Shown here: positions 13,712 to 25,538 of the stretch, piece by piece
Layout: the number at the start of each line of letters is the position of its first letter
How positions within the stretch are numbered: position 1 is the first letter of the stretch
Source: Adineta vaga
Lineage: Eukaryota; Animalia; Rotifera
Reading direction: 5' to 3'
DNA: 64,000 nucleotides
Assembly (NCBI GenBank): GCA_021613535.1
Contig: CP075496.1
Span: 14,446,001 to 14,510,000 of the forward strand
Program-made: the position numbers and the translations under genes
Notes under the pieces: generated by a model
The model's database searches: none
The model's input: the letters and a program-made list of their open reading frames with translations, nothing else
Told to the model about the DNA's origin: nothing

Positions 13712-13949
13712 TTTTGTTCCAAGTAATACATAGTAATCAATTTTCTTCACTCATTCTTATAAATGTCTAAGAAAATAAATCGAAAAAAAGTTAATAAAAT
13801 TCCACTAAATTGTTTCATATTAAGATTTTCTTGATGAGTAATGAAAATCCTAAATACACACGAGAATGAAATTTGTTCTTATTGTTTTTGTACATTATAT
13901 CCAAAAAGATTAAGAAATCATTTCTTAATTAAATTTATTTTATGAAATG

Positions 13950-15440
13950 TTAATCTGTAGAAAAAATTCTCCAATCATCATTTTCTTCTACACATTGAAT
14001 TCGATGAAAACATGGAGATATTTGATGAATTTCATTTAAATTATCAATTCGATCAGATCTATTTATGAATTCTTTCACATAACAACTAAAATATAATAAA
14101 TAATTTAATCGTTTGATTAAATGTTCAGCTAATACAACAAATGGCATCGGACAAATTGTTTGTAAATATAAACGTTGAATATTTGGAATATAACTAAGTA
14201 AACTATCAATAATATCGATGGATAATGGTTGTAAATTACTCCATAAAGTAAATCGTTGAAGTAAATGTGAAGATGTTGATAGAGAAAGTGGAAAATAATG
14301 TGAATTATTCAAAATATGTAATTGAATATGAATAAGATTCGGACATATTGATAAAATATCAGGTAAAATCATTAAATTATGAGATCGAATAGAAAGATAT
14401 TGAAGAGAAGAACAAATTGACCAAGAATTTAAAGAAGATTTTTCTATTCGACCTAAAATAAGATAACGAAGAGATAAAAATTGATTTGAAAATATTTCAT
14501 TAATCAATTTAATTGGTGGTTTATAATTAGATTTTAATATTAATGTTAAATTAATTAAATAAGGAAAATTTGATGAATGAATTTGTTCAATATAATTTCT
14601 ATTTCGTATAATTAATGAATGAATATTAGAAAATTGTTTTAAGTCAAATTCATATAAAGTATTAAGAATTAAATGTTTTGTTTGAAATTTATATAATTCT
14701 ATTAATAGGAAATTTAATTTTTCATTAATAATTAATATTTTATTATTAGAATATTTTATTAATTTATTAAATCGATTATTAAGATTATAAAATCCATTAT
14801 ATAAATCATCTAATGTCAAATAATCAAATATATCAAAGAATAATTCATTAGACAAATCTTCTAATTGACTTTTTTTACCTAAAATAAATTCAAATGAATT
14901 GTTCTACGTAGTTGAAAACTCTCTGTAGCACCGTCACACGAGAATAGTTCGTTTGAAACTTTGTGTTCTATTGAAAAGAAAAGAATTAACTTACATGAAG
15001 AACGAAGAAAAATAGGTTTGTTATGTTGAACTGTAGAAAGATTTGAATGTATTAAAATTTGTTTTGATTTATAATATTTTTCAATCCAATTTTGAAAATC
15101 TCTCGATGGAGATTTTCCCCAACCAGATAATGAACAAATTTGATTTTCTTGATTGAAATATTCGATAGGACGACTAAATAATGTACAATCAATCATATCA
15201 TTCTTTCCTTTTGCTTTTATTTGAGGAATATTCTCATAAGAAACAAGAATATAATGCCATAATGGAATATTTTCATTTTTTCCTTCAATAAGATAAATAT
15301 TTTCATTCGAATTTTGTTTTGTTATTGGTATTAAGATTTCATTTTCGGATATTAATAAGATTTCCTTTAAGAAAAAGAAGATTTTATTCAACGAAAAATC
15401 AATAAAATTTTACTTTTAATTTTCCATAAAATTTCGACAT
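13950..15440 (-). CDS. F-box/LRR-like protein with N-terminal WHY..SGWG domain
   Basis: Exons 15440-15414, 15364-14995, 14878-13950 splice in frame; F-box LEDLSNELFFDIFDYL..LYNGFYNLNNRFNKLI followed by degenerate LRRs. Confidence 0.8.
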
Positions 15441-15915
15441 TTTTCAATTTGATAAAATAAAAAATGAAAATGAATTGTTATTTTTTTGAAAGAAAGATTT
15501 TTGTCAAGGTTTTATTTATCTGTTTTATGTCAATAAATGATCTTATCTATTTTTCTTCATTAAATATCAAGTTTTTTTATTTATCTTTTTCTTTCAAAAT
15601 TAATTTATTATAAAAAATTAATTAGTTTTTTTTTAAAATTAAATTATCAAATATTTTTATAGAATTTAGTTGTTTAAAAGAGAATTTTTCTTTCGAAATT
15701 CATATGTATTCATTTAAAGATAAAACCTTGAATGCAAAACAAAACCGAAATGTTAATCTTTTCTATTCAAAGACAAAATTTGTTGTTCTTTTTCAAAATA
15801 AAACTCACAGCTATTTCATACTCACAACATCAAGCTTATAATAGATGTATTATGTGTCTATACCTATTTGACCGTTGATCAATGATATTGTGGCACTTTC
15901 TGTGTTTCTTCAATC

Positions 15916-16124
15916 ATATTTATATTTTCAAAACAGCTGTGAGAATTTCAGAGTTTGGTAAATCTTATCTCTACATTTCATGATGGGACTTCGCACGTGT
16001 TGAGGTTCTATATACAATGGTTTTAAAATAAATGTTCGCTCTTTGTTTAAAGGGAAGATTCATTTCTCTAAAAAAATATTTAGTAAAAATGATTCTTTCA
16101 CAGCTGTTTTGAAAATATAAATAT
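15916..16124. repeat. MITE-like inverted repeat
   Basis: Perfect 27 bp IR ATATTTATATTTTCAAAACAGCTGTGA at 15916-15942 / 16098-16124. Confidence 0.6.
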
Positions 16125-16629
16125 AAAGAAATCAAGTACGAAAATAACTACAGTCTTTGAGGGGAAAATCTCTTTAGACTTTCTCTAATTTAGTTATACT
16201 CTTGTAAATGATATATGATTGAACAAAAACGGAGAATGTTATGATGAATTCTTCTCATCTTCAAATACGATCGAGATAATGTTGTGTATAAAATTTCATG
16301 ACAATTGGATTAGTCTTTCAAAATTTATAGTATGAACGAGCAGGTGAACATACTGATATATGTTTCTAAATATGGCATTATAATAAATGAATTTTTGTAT
16401 TTATATCTAGCGGGATTATGGTTGTAAGCAAGCTCATGAATCGATAAGAGATATATGATGATAGATACAAACATTAGTATTTTCATAATAGTTCATCAAT
16501 ATTAATAACTATGAACAGAGAATTTTTATCAGGTAGCAAACCATGCATTTGCTGAGTCGATTCATATATGTTTTGAATAATTTTGAGAAAAAAAATTAAG
16601 AAAAGAATCCCTGTAGCTCTCTTCAGGGA

Positions 16630-16862
16630 TAGCATAGCCAATAATCAGAATTTTTCGATAACTCAATTATTTGTTGACGGATTAATCTCATCTTCGAACT
16701 CGACCGAGATATTGATGAGACTGAACTGTGTAGAAAATTTCGCCACGATCTGACTCTTCTTTCGAAAGTTATCGTGTAAATGGACGGACACACTAACCGA
16801 TTCTAGTAGGGTATTCACTTGAATACTTTTGTTTTTCGCGATTTGAAATATTGACAAGGTTA
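16630..16862. mobile_element. Degenerate MITE-like relic
   Basis: Relatively GC-rich island with weak terminal IR (TAGCATAGCCAATAAT vs reverse complement TAACCTTGTCAATATT). Confidence 0.3.
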
Positions 16863-17628
16863 TTTTTTTCTAAAGCTGAATGATTGATTGATTGATTGAT
16901 TAATATACAGTCTGTCCGCCTGTTGATTGTATATAAATATCAAATCTAAATTTTATTTGATTCGTTGGAAAAAGTCTTATATAAATAAATACATTTGTTT
17001 CAACATTGAGATGATAAAATAATACTGATTAGAATGTAAAACGATTCGAAAGAAAAGGATAATTATAGAAGAAGAGATTTTCAAAGGGTTTTAGAATTAC
17101 TCGTAAATAAATATGGAAACAAAAAGAGTCTTCTTCATTATAAGAAATTCCCATATTTTCAATGTCACATACTAACGTTCCTTATGTTTAATCAAGGGAA
17201 AAGAAACTATCTATTTATCAATCAAAAATCGCATTTGTACATGTCGTGTACCTAGGAAAAATAAATGCACGGGTTAGATATCGTTTGACTTTGAATATTA
17301 CCTGGAAAGTAACATAATAAAGTTAGGAGAAAAAAAGGTGGTGTAAACATTTATTGGGCGATACTATTTGATAATATGAAAAACTACGTCAGCAAAAAAG
17401 GGCAGATTGGATAAACAATATTTATAATTTGTTTTTGATGACGTTACGCTTTTATTATTATTATTAAATATTCGGTACTCAATAGAATATTTCTTTTCTC
17501 ATTATTTTATTTTAATCGTAAACATAATTGTTCGGATCATTGATCATTACTCCCTCGATCATTTCATCTATAAAAATTTGTAAACTAACGTTTCTTTCAC
17601 AATTATTTTGTTCATATTATAAATTTCA

Positions 17629-19376
17629 ATGGCGAATTCAACAACAACCGTCGCTACACCAACATTAGTATTAGATTCTGGTGATAATGCTTGGATGATG
17701 ACATCAACAGCATTTGTTTTAATGATGACACCAGCTTTAGCTTTCTTTTATGGGGGATTAGTTGATAAAAAGAATATTTTAAATCAATTATTTTTATCAT
17801 TTATTTCAATGGGTATTGTTTTTACTCAATGAGTTTTATTTGGTTTTTCATTTGCATTCGGTCCACCTGTTAGTCGAGGATTTGGATCATTTGGAGATGC
17901 TGCATTAAGATTTGGACAACGTTTAGATGAATTTTATAGTCCAACATATCCATTATTAACATATGCAGCATATCAAGGAACATTTGCAATAATAACACCA
18001 GCATTAATATCAGGTTAGAATATTTGAATAAGAATTGATCTTGTTTTGAAAAAACTAAATTGTTTTTTTTTAAAGGAGCAATTGTTGGAAGAATGAAATT
18101 AGTTCCATATATGATATTTGTATTTATATGGTCAACTGTTTGTTATGATCCAATGGCTCATTGGGTTTGGGGAGAAAATGGTTGGTTGAAAAATTTAGGA
18201 GCATTAGATTTTGCTGGTGGAACTGTTGTTCATATTTTATCGGGTGTTTCTGGTTTTGTTGCTTCGTTAATTATTGGAAAACGTGTTGATTATAAACCAC
18301 ATGCTAATAATGCACATAATCTTCCATTTACAGTTCTTGGTACATGTTTATTATGGGTCGGATGGATTGGTTTTAATGCTGGTTCACCTAATGCAGCAAG
18401 GTAAGTTTTTCTTAGAAATTTTCGTTTTCTTTTTTAGAAATAACTTTTTTTTTTCTAGTGGATTAGCATCATTAGCATTAGTTAATACAAATGCAGCTGC
18501 AGCTGCTGGTTTATTAACATGGACTGTAATTGATGCAGTTCGTGGTCAAGTATCTGTATCTGAATCATGTGTTGGTCCTATTGTTGGTTTAGTTGCTGTT
18601 ACACCAACATGTGGATTTATTCAACCAGGATGGGCTTTACTTTTTGGAATTATTCCTGTTCTTATTATTTATTTTATTGTTTTATATGAACATCATATGA
18701 AATTTGATGATACACTCGATGTTGCTGTTGTTCATGGATGTGGTTAGTTCGATATTCTTATTTAAATAAGAACAAACAAATTCTTTTCTTTTAATCATCT
18801 TTAGGTGGAATTATTGGCGCTTTTATGACGGGTTTATTTGCTGAATTATCAAATAATCCAGCTGGTGCTGATGGAGCTTTCTATGGACATCCAATTCAAT
18901 TATGGTATCAAATAGCTGGAATATTAACTGCTATTGGTAAAAGGCTTTTTCTTTAAATAAAAGATATATATCTATGGTGGAAAATTTGTTTTTTTGTTTT
19001 GCCAATAGGTTTTGCTTCTGCATGTACAGCGGGAATTCTTCTTCCATTAAAATATACAATTGGAATTCGTTTATCAGCCGAAGAAGAATTAAGAGGACTT
19101 GATTGGATTGGTAAGGAAAAAGAAAGAAAAAATTATTTATCTATTTGAAACAAATTTTATTTAGCACATGGTGAGAAATGGGAACTTCATGAAAAACCAC
19201 ATCGAGGAACAACATCAACAGTTGTAACAACAAATAAAAATGAACTTCCACCTTATGCAAATCGACTTCCATCACGTTCTCGATCAAGTCGACGACGAAG
19301 AAATGTAGTTCGATGGAAAACGGATATTTCTCGAAGTAAATTTAATGCAAATCAAGAAAATAATCCAACTGTATAA
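17629..19376 (+). pseudogene. amt: Ammonium transporter, AmtB/MEP (Amt2) type, full length but with in-frame TGA at a conserved Trp
   Basis: DSGDNAWMMTSTAFVLMMTPALAFFYGGLV, LDFAGGTVVH, LLWVGWIGFNAGS, DDTLDVAVVHG. Exons 17629-18013, 18076-18400, 18459-18742, 18805-18936, 19009-19110, 19165-19376. TGA at 17830-17832 in Q*VLFGFSFAFG. Confidence 0.85.
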
Positions 19377-19921
19377 AAATTTATAAATAAATCTTTCATT
19401 TTCAATTTAAAGTTTTGAAGAAAAGAAAAAGTACATTTGAAGGCTTGAATGATTGTTTGTGTTTTCTATAAATATGATTAAAACAAATTAATTAAGAAAA
19501 CATTGAATTATGTAAATCATCTATATCAAGTTGTTTTTGTTTTGAACGTTGTTTTTGTTTTTTAAATTCTTCATAATCTTGATCATCTGTTGGTAATTCA
19601 ATTCGACACATTGGACATGTATTTACTAATTGAAGCCATTGTTTTATACAATTTTCACAATATTTATGATGACATGGTAATTCTTTTGTAGAATTTATTT
19701 CAAATTCTTTTAAACAAATTGAACATTTTTCATCACGATGAAAACGTTTTGTTGAAGGTAAATTTTCAATAATATGTTTCGCTGCTGGAGGTTGTTTTCG
19801 ACCATCAACATCACCAAATATACGTTCAAATTCAAGTTGAAATTCTGCACCAAGACCACTATCTAATAATAAACGTGCTAAATGAAGTAAATGATCTGGT
19901 TGTTCACCAGTTTCTAATGGT
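18457..19921. repeat. Direct segmental duplication, copy 1
   Basis: Near-identical, introns and intergenic DNA included, to 22353-23816. Confidence 0.95.
19492..19921 (-). pseudogene. RNF181: 5'-truncated RNF181 duplicate
   Basis: Same protein as the 23387-23848 copy from GEQPDH onward; lacks the ATG and MTSYFDEHNCE. Confidence 0.85.
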
Positions 19922-20569
19922 ATACGACATCTTTTTTTTTCGTTTTTATCAAAATGTCTTGTAAACGAAAATAATAGAATTTTATTTTCAAGAACTAGGG
20001 AAAGAATTTGCGTGCATTTGTTTTTACCATTAAGAACGAAGTATTTTGTGATTTTTAACAACGAAATGAGATTTGTTTAATTAATCTTTTTTATTCTCTA
20101 CTTAGAACAAAGAAGAATCATAAAAATCTTTTTTTTTGCAATGTTATAAAAAAATTACATCAAAAGAAAAAAATCTCAGTGGATAACAGAAAAGAGAAGA
20201 GAATTCGACACCATCGATTTTGTTGATGAAAAATCACGAGTAAACTAAACTAAATGAAACAGATTCAAAAACAATGAAAAATATAGTTTTATTTCAATAC
20301 TATATCTTCTGAATAATTAATAATTGATATCATTCGATTGGACTGAGCGATAAAATTTCTTGATCATTTAATGAAATATCATCCTAAATTAGAATTCGAA
20401 AAACAGATTTAAATATAACATCATTATATAATATAAAATTTTGATTTTTTTTACCTCATTCGACGTGAATGATTTGACTGATTCTTTATCTGGAGATATA
20501 TCATGATCAATATTAGTTTTTACTACATAACAAATATAAGAGAATTGTAAGTTGTATTGAAGCTAATTT

Positions 20570-21327
20570 TTACCCACCATTATTTAACCATTTTTGTACC
20601 ATAGTTATTTTATCTAAATAATTCGATTCATGTATCGGTAAATATGACCGTTGAATAGGTAGTGAAGATGATGATGACGATGGATATAAATCTTTATCAT
20701 TATCATTGTCATTATCATTATCATTGTGTACTAGTGGTCGAGGGATGAACTTTTCAGTTATGTCATGTCGTTCATTTTGTTCTTCAGTTTGAATTTCAGA
20801 TAACACCTGTCCAATATAATTCATATCTTCTTTGCCAAAATATTCGTACGATTCTGTATATACAGCTACATCTTCATCAATAACTGGCACCAAAATCAGG
20901 TATGTACTGTGGGAGATTAGAGGTGGTTTTGATGTAACAGCTTTTATTGATCGTCTTTCGTTAAATGGTTTTTTATCTTGTACAGCAAGAATTCGCTTTA
21001 ATACATAATCACGAGGTACATTATTACCAAGTTTTAAATTAGAACCAGTAATATCTTCTCCACTAAATCTTGACATAGGTAGCACTCGAACAACAGGTAA
21101 AGTTGCCCAGATTAAACATGGTCTTTTTGTTTCTTTGTCATAAGAACGTGAAGATGATGATTGAGAAGATTCAATCTCCGATTGTAATCCAAGTATTTTT
21201 CGAATGCTAGCTCGTGGGCTATGAATTTCACCAACTTGTGGCTTCCAGATATTTTTATCAACTAAAATTAACGAAAAATATATCCAGATATAAAAATATT
21301 CGATTTACCAGCACTTTTAGACATCAT
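20570..21327 (-). CDS. Orphan two-exon protein with PemK/MazF-like motif order
   Basis: Exons 21327-21309 and 21261-20570 (47 nt intron): MMSKSAVDKNIWKPQVGEIH...KETKRPCLIWATLPVVRVLPMSRFSG... Confidence 0.65.
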
Positions 21328-22352
21328 ACATGAAATAGTATCAGATCCAGAAAGTCTTTTCCAAATCAAAACACATCAATTCAATGTTCATTGTGTTCAT
21401 TGTCTATATTCTTATTCATGATTGATCGAAAACAATTTCATAGATTATCTTTCTATAAGATTTCATATCCAATCAAGTATTTGATTTTATGCGACATCTT
21501 TTGTAAAGTTTTAACTGGAGAAATTTCCAATTCTCTATCCTTACATGACAGTGACAGACCGACAATGGCATTATTATTGAAAAAGACTATTTGTATGAGG
21601 AAAGACTGCTTTTTCATGTTGAAAAGAGAATAAAAGAATTAATTAATATAATATGAAGATAAAAACAGGAAGAAACTTTTATTAAGAATTTTTTAAATAT
21701 TCTAAGACATATTTATTACAGAACTTAATGTTTTAAATATCTAAAACAAAACTGAAACACTTTGATTAATTCTCAGATGATGCAGTATAGATTAGATTTT
21801 AAAATATAAGTCAACAAGCTTACCTTATTCATCGTCAATTTCCTTTCCTAAATCATTGGATTACAATGCTTTATGATTTACTTTATCTATGTGAATGATT
21901 AATTAAAAATATCAGATTTATTTGAATTAACTATGTTTATGTAATATTGATTTCTGATGGTGAAAACGAATTACAGATAAATACTGATAGAATATCACCG
22001 AAAATAATAAAATTCTTAAAAATCACTCATTCAATATTGAAATAAAAAAATTAATGCTAATTTGAAAGTTTTGCTAATCGAATTTGTCTAACTTACGAAA
22101 GCTGTTCAAGATGCATCGAAATTTTTTTATTCAAAAAATCTTAATGAGAAAATTTTAGAGAAAAAAGATTCATTTTCGTTTTCTACTTTATCAAAATATT
22201 TCTGCAAACGAACATCAAACTCTACTTATACAAAGAAAAGTTAATAAAATTCTTGAAAAATACATTAGAATACAGTCCCAAAAAGAGAATATTCATTTTT
22301 TATTATTTCAAATCAATCGATTATTTTCATTTTGTTTTTGTTTTTATATGAA

Positions 22353-23816
22353 AGTGGATTAGCATCATTAGCATTAGTTAATACAAATGCAGCTGCAGCT
22401 GCTGGTTTATTAACATGGACTGTAATTGATGCAGTTCGTGGTCAAGTATCTGTATCAGGTTCATGTGTTGGTTCTATTGTTGGTTTAGTTGCTGTTACAC
22501 CAGCATGTGGATTTATTCAACCAGGATGGGCTTTACTTTTTGGAATTATTCCTGTTCTTATTATTTATTTTATTGTTTTATATGAACATCATATGAAATT
22601 TGATGATACACTCGATGTTGCTGTTGTTCATGGTTGTGGTTAGTTCGATATTCTTATTTAAATAAGAACAAACAAATTCTTTTCTTTTAATCATCTTTAG
22701 GTGGAATTATTGGCGCTTTTATGACGGGTTTATTTGCTGAATTATCAAATAATCCAGCTGGTGCTGATGGAGCTTTCTATGGACATCCAATTCAATTATG
22801 GTATCAAATAGCTGGAATATTAACTGCTATTGGTAAGAGGCTTTTTTTTAATAAAAGATATATATATCTATGGTGGAAATTTTGTTTTTTTGTTTTGCCA
22901 ATAGGTTTTGCTTCTGCATGTACAGCGGGAATTCTTCTTCCATTAAAATATACAATTGGAATTCGTTTATCAGCCGAAGAAGAATTACGAGGACTTGATT
23001 GGATTGGTAAGGAAAAAGAAAGAAAAAATTATTTATCTATTTGAAACAAATTTTATTTAGCACATGGTGAGAAATGGGAACTTCATGAAAAACCACATCG
23101 AGGAACAACAACAACAGTTATAACAACAAATAGAAATGAACTTCCACCTTATTCAAATCGAACATCATCACGTTCTCGATTAAATAATAAACGAAGAAAT
23201 ATAGTTCGATGGAAAACGGATATTTCTCGAAGTAAATTTAATGCAAATCAAGAAAATAATCCAACTGTATAAAATTTATAAATAAATCTTTCATTTTCAA
23301 TTTAAAGTTTTGAAGAAAAGAAAAAATACATTTGAATGCTTAAATGATTGTTTGTGTTTTCTATAAATATGATTAGAACAAATTAATTAAGAAAACATTG
23401 AATTATGTAAATCATCTATATCAAGTTGTTTTTGTTTTGAACGTTGTTTTTGTTTTTTAAATTCTTCATAATCTTGATCATCTGTTGGTAATTCAATTCG
23501 ACACATTGGACATGTATTTACTAATTGAAGCCATTGTTTTATACAATTTTCACAATATTTATGATGACATGGTAATTCTTTTGTAGAATTTATTTCAAAT
23601 TCTTTTAAGCAAATTGAACATTTTTCATCACGATGAAAACGTTTTGTTGAAGGTAAATTTTCAATAATATGTTTCGCTGCTGGAGGTTGTTTTCGACCAT
23701 CAACATCACCAAATATACGTTCAAATTCAAGTTGAAATTCTGCACCAAGACCACTATCTAATAATAAACGTGCTAAATGAAGTAAATGATCTGGTTGTTC
23801 ACCACTTCCTAATGGT
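22353..23816. repeat. Direct segmental duplication, copy 2
   Basis: Near-identical to 18457-19921. Confidence 0.95.
22355..23272 (+). pseudogene. amt: 5'-truncated ammonium transporter duplicate (exons 3-6 only)
   Basis: Starts at the exon-3 boundary (AG|TGGATTAGCA); no exon 1-2 homology upstream. Confidence 0.85.
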
Positions 23817-23848
23817 TCACAATTATGTTCATCGAAATAGGATGTCAT
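23387..23848 (-). CDS. RNF181: RING-H2 E3 ubiquitin ligase RNF181, 153 aa
   Basis: MTSYFDEHNCEP N-terminus, PPAAK, RING C-x2-C..CHH..C..C..TCPMCRIELPTDDQDYEE, DLHNSMFS end. Confidence 0.93.
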   Translation of the reverse strand: MTSYFDEHNCEPLGSGEQPDHLLHLARLLLDSGLGAEFQLEFERIFGDVDGRKQPPAAKHIIENLPSTKRFHRDEKCSICLKEFEINSTKELPCHHKYCENCIKQWLQLVNTCPMCRIELPTDDQDYEEFKKQKQRSKQKQLDIDDLHNSMFS

Positions 23849-24309
23849 TTTAATCAAAAATAGTTTTGAATGTAATCCCTGTCGCAGTATGATACAATAA
23901 ATTCTACATCCAATCAGCCTTTTTTTTATATGCATATCTCTTTCAGTCCAATCACAGCAACTGTATATGATGGCGCTCTCTATAGGTGTTCATATTAAGC
24001 CTGCATAAGTGACAGATATTATTGTAACTACCGTCCTCCCCATCTGTGACGATTTCTGATCGAAGAGATTAAAACGCTGCTGAAACTGTACTTTTATTTA
24101 TCTACTTCTTCCTTTCATAAATCGCATCATTCTGATACAAAACATACATTTATGTACTGGTGAAATAAGGAGAAGAAAAGGAAAGATCAGGCCAAAGTAC
24201 ATCTTGAATGTACCGAAGTAAAAACATAAAAAGAATCGGAAGAGAAAAGTTTACATCAATGATAAACATTATATTACATCAAAAAAGAAAAGAAAAGGTA
24301 TAAAATCAT

Positions 24310-24815
24310 TTAGATTATGACGATAAGGTTTCGGTCTAATATTTTAGCTCCAATTCCAAATATTCTGTCAAGCAGCCCGAAAAGACCCCATGCCGGTTTC
24401 AGATTGAGTTCCGACCAATGGTTCACTGATCTTAATGGACAACCTTTGCCTTGTATATTCAACCATCTCATGCATGACTCTGCATAGTCTGTGCAACATT
24501 TGCCCATGGCGATATTGTAATTTTGATTGTTAAAAGGACTTTTCTGTGAAAATTCCTTGATCTCTTCCAGATTCTTATTTGTACAGCCCATAGATACATG
24601 ATAAATAGGTTGGTTGTCATAAAACGTGTATTTGCCAAAGCGAATTTTTATTTTTCCTTTGTCGGTACTGACTGAACCTCCACTATTACCACCGCTGGCT
24701 GTTTCTTCATGTGAGGCTAGATCAGTATAGTAAAACTGGCCATCTGCTGTTTTAAATAGGACAATCCAGTGAGCGACAAAACATTCCGCACTATTAGAAT
24801 AATATTTTTCTTTAC
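24310..24815 (-). CDS. Permuted papain-fold (PPPDE/LRAT-like NlpC/P60) protein; 5' end not found
   Basis: Frame open well upstream of the ORF-track start: AHWIVLF..FYYTDL....YNIAMGKCCTDYA, i.e. His before Cys. Confidence 0.55.
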
Positions 24816-25538
24816 CTAAGGTTTTGAATATGAGATATGACAGTTTGACAGTACGTTACAGAAATCAAGTCAGTCGATTTGAAATTGTGTTGAAAATACA
24901 ATGCTTTTTATAATATAAATTATGTTAGCATGGATTATTCCAAAAGATATATATTAATGACATACATTGCGATGCTGATGATGAAACGAAGGAAGAAATA
25001 TATATGCTTTTTTCGTAGGAAAATATCCAACCAACTAACTATCTATATTATGTGCGACATCTTCTGTTGGTTCTTATTATTTAAGGATTTCGATAATCTT
25101 ATTTTATTTAGATGAAGAAATTGAAATCGTTGGTTAAATCTTAATTCTCATAGTTTTTTTTAAATCCTTTAGAAATTATCAATAAGATTGAAGAAATTCT
25201 TATCCATTTAACTAAATGAATAATGAAGATAATTCAATGTTTCTATCATCAATACAATACAATCATCAAATACGCTTCATTTTCATGTTCATAGATTGAT
25301 ATTAAATAACAAAACAATAGAAGAATTTTAGAATAATAAATAGAAATGTATTGATTTTTTTATAGGACAAAACTAAAATGCAATAGAAGAAAACAATGAA
25401 GAGAACATAAAAAGAAAAAGAAAGGAAAATCGATGAATAATAATAACATCATATACATAACAATGAGTATTACATGAATAACAAAGTATTATCAAAGCAC
25501 GTCGAAATCTTTTTAGTCTTTGTTATTAATTTAAAAGA

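Noticed and set aside
17830-17832. TGA as Trp or selenocysteine
   Set aside because: Other genes here use TGA as stop and TGG for Trp; not a Cys position; no SECIS recognised.
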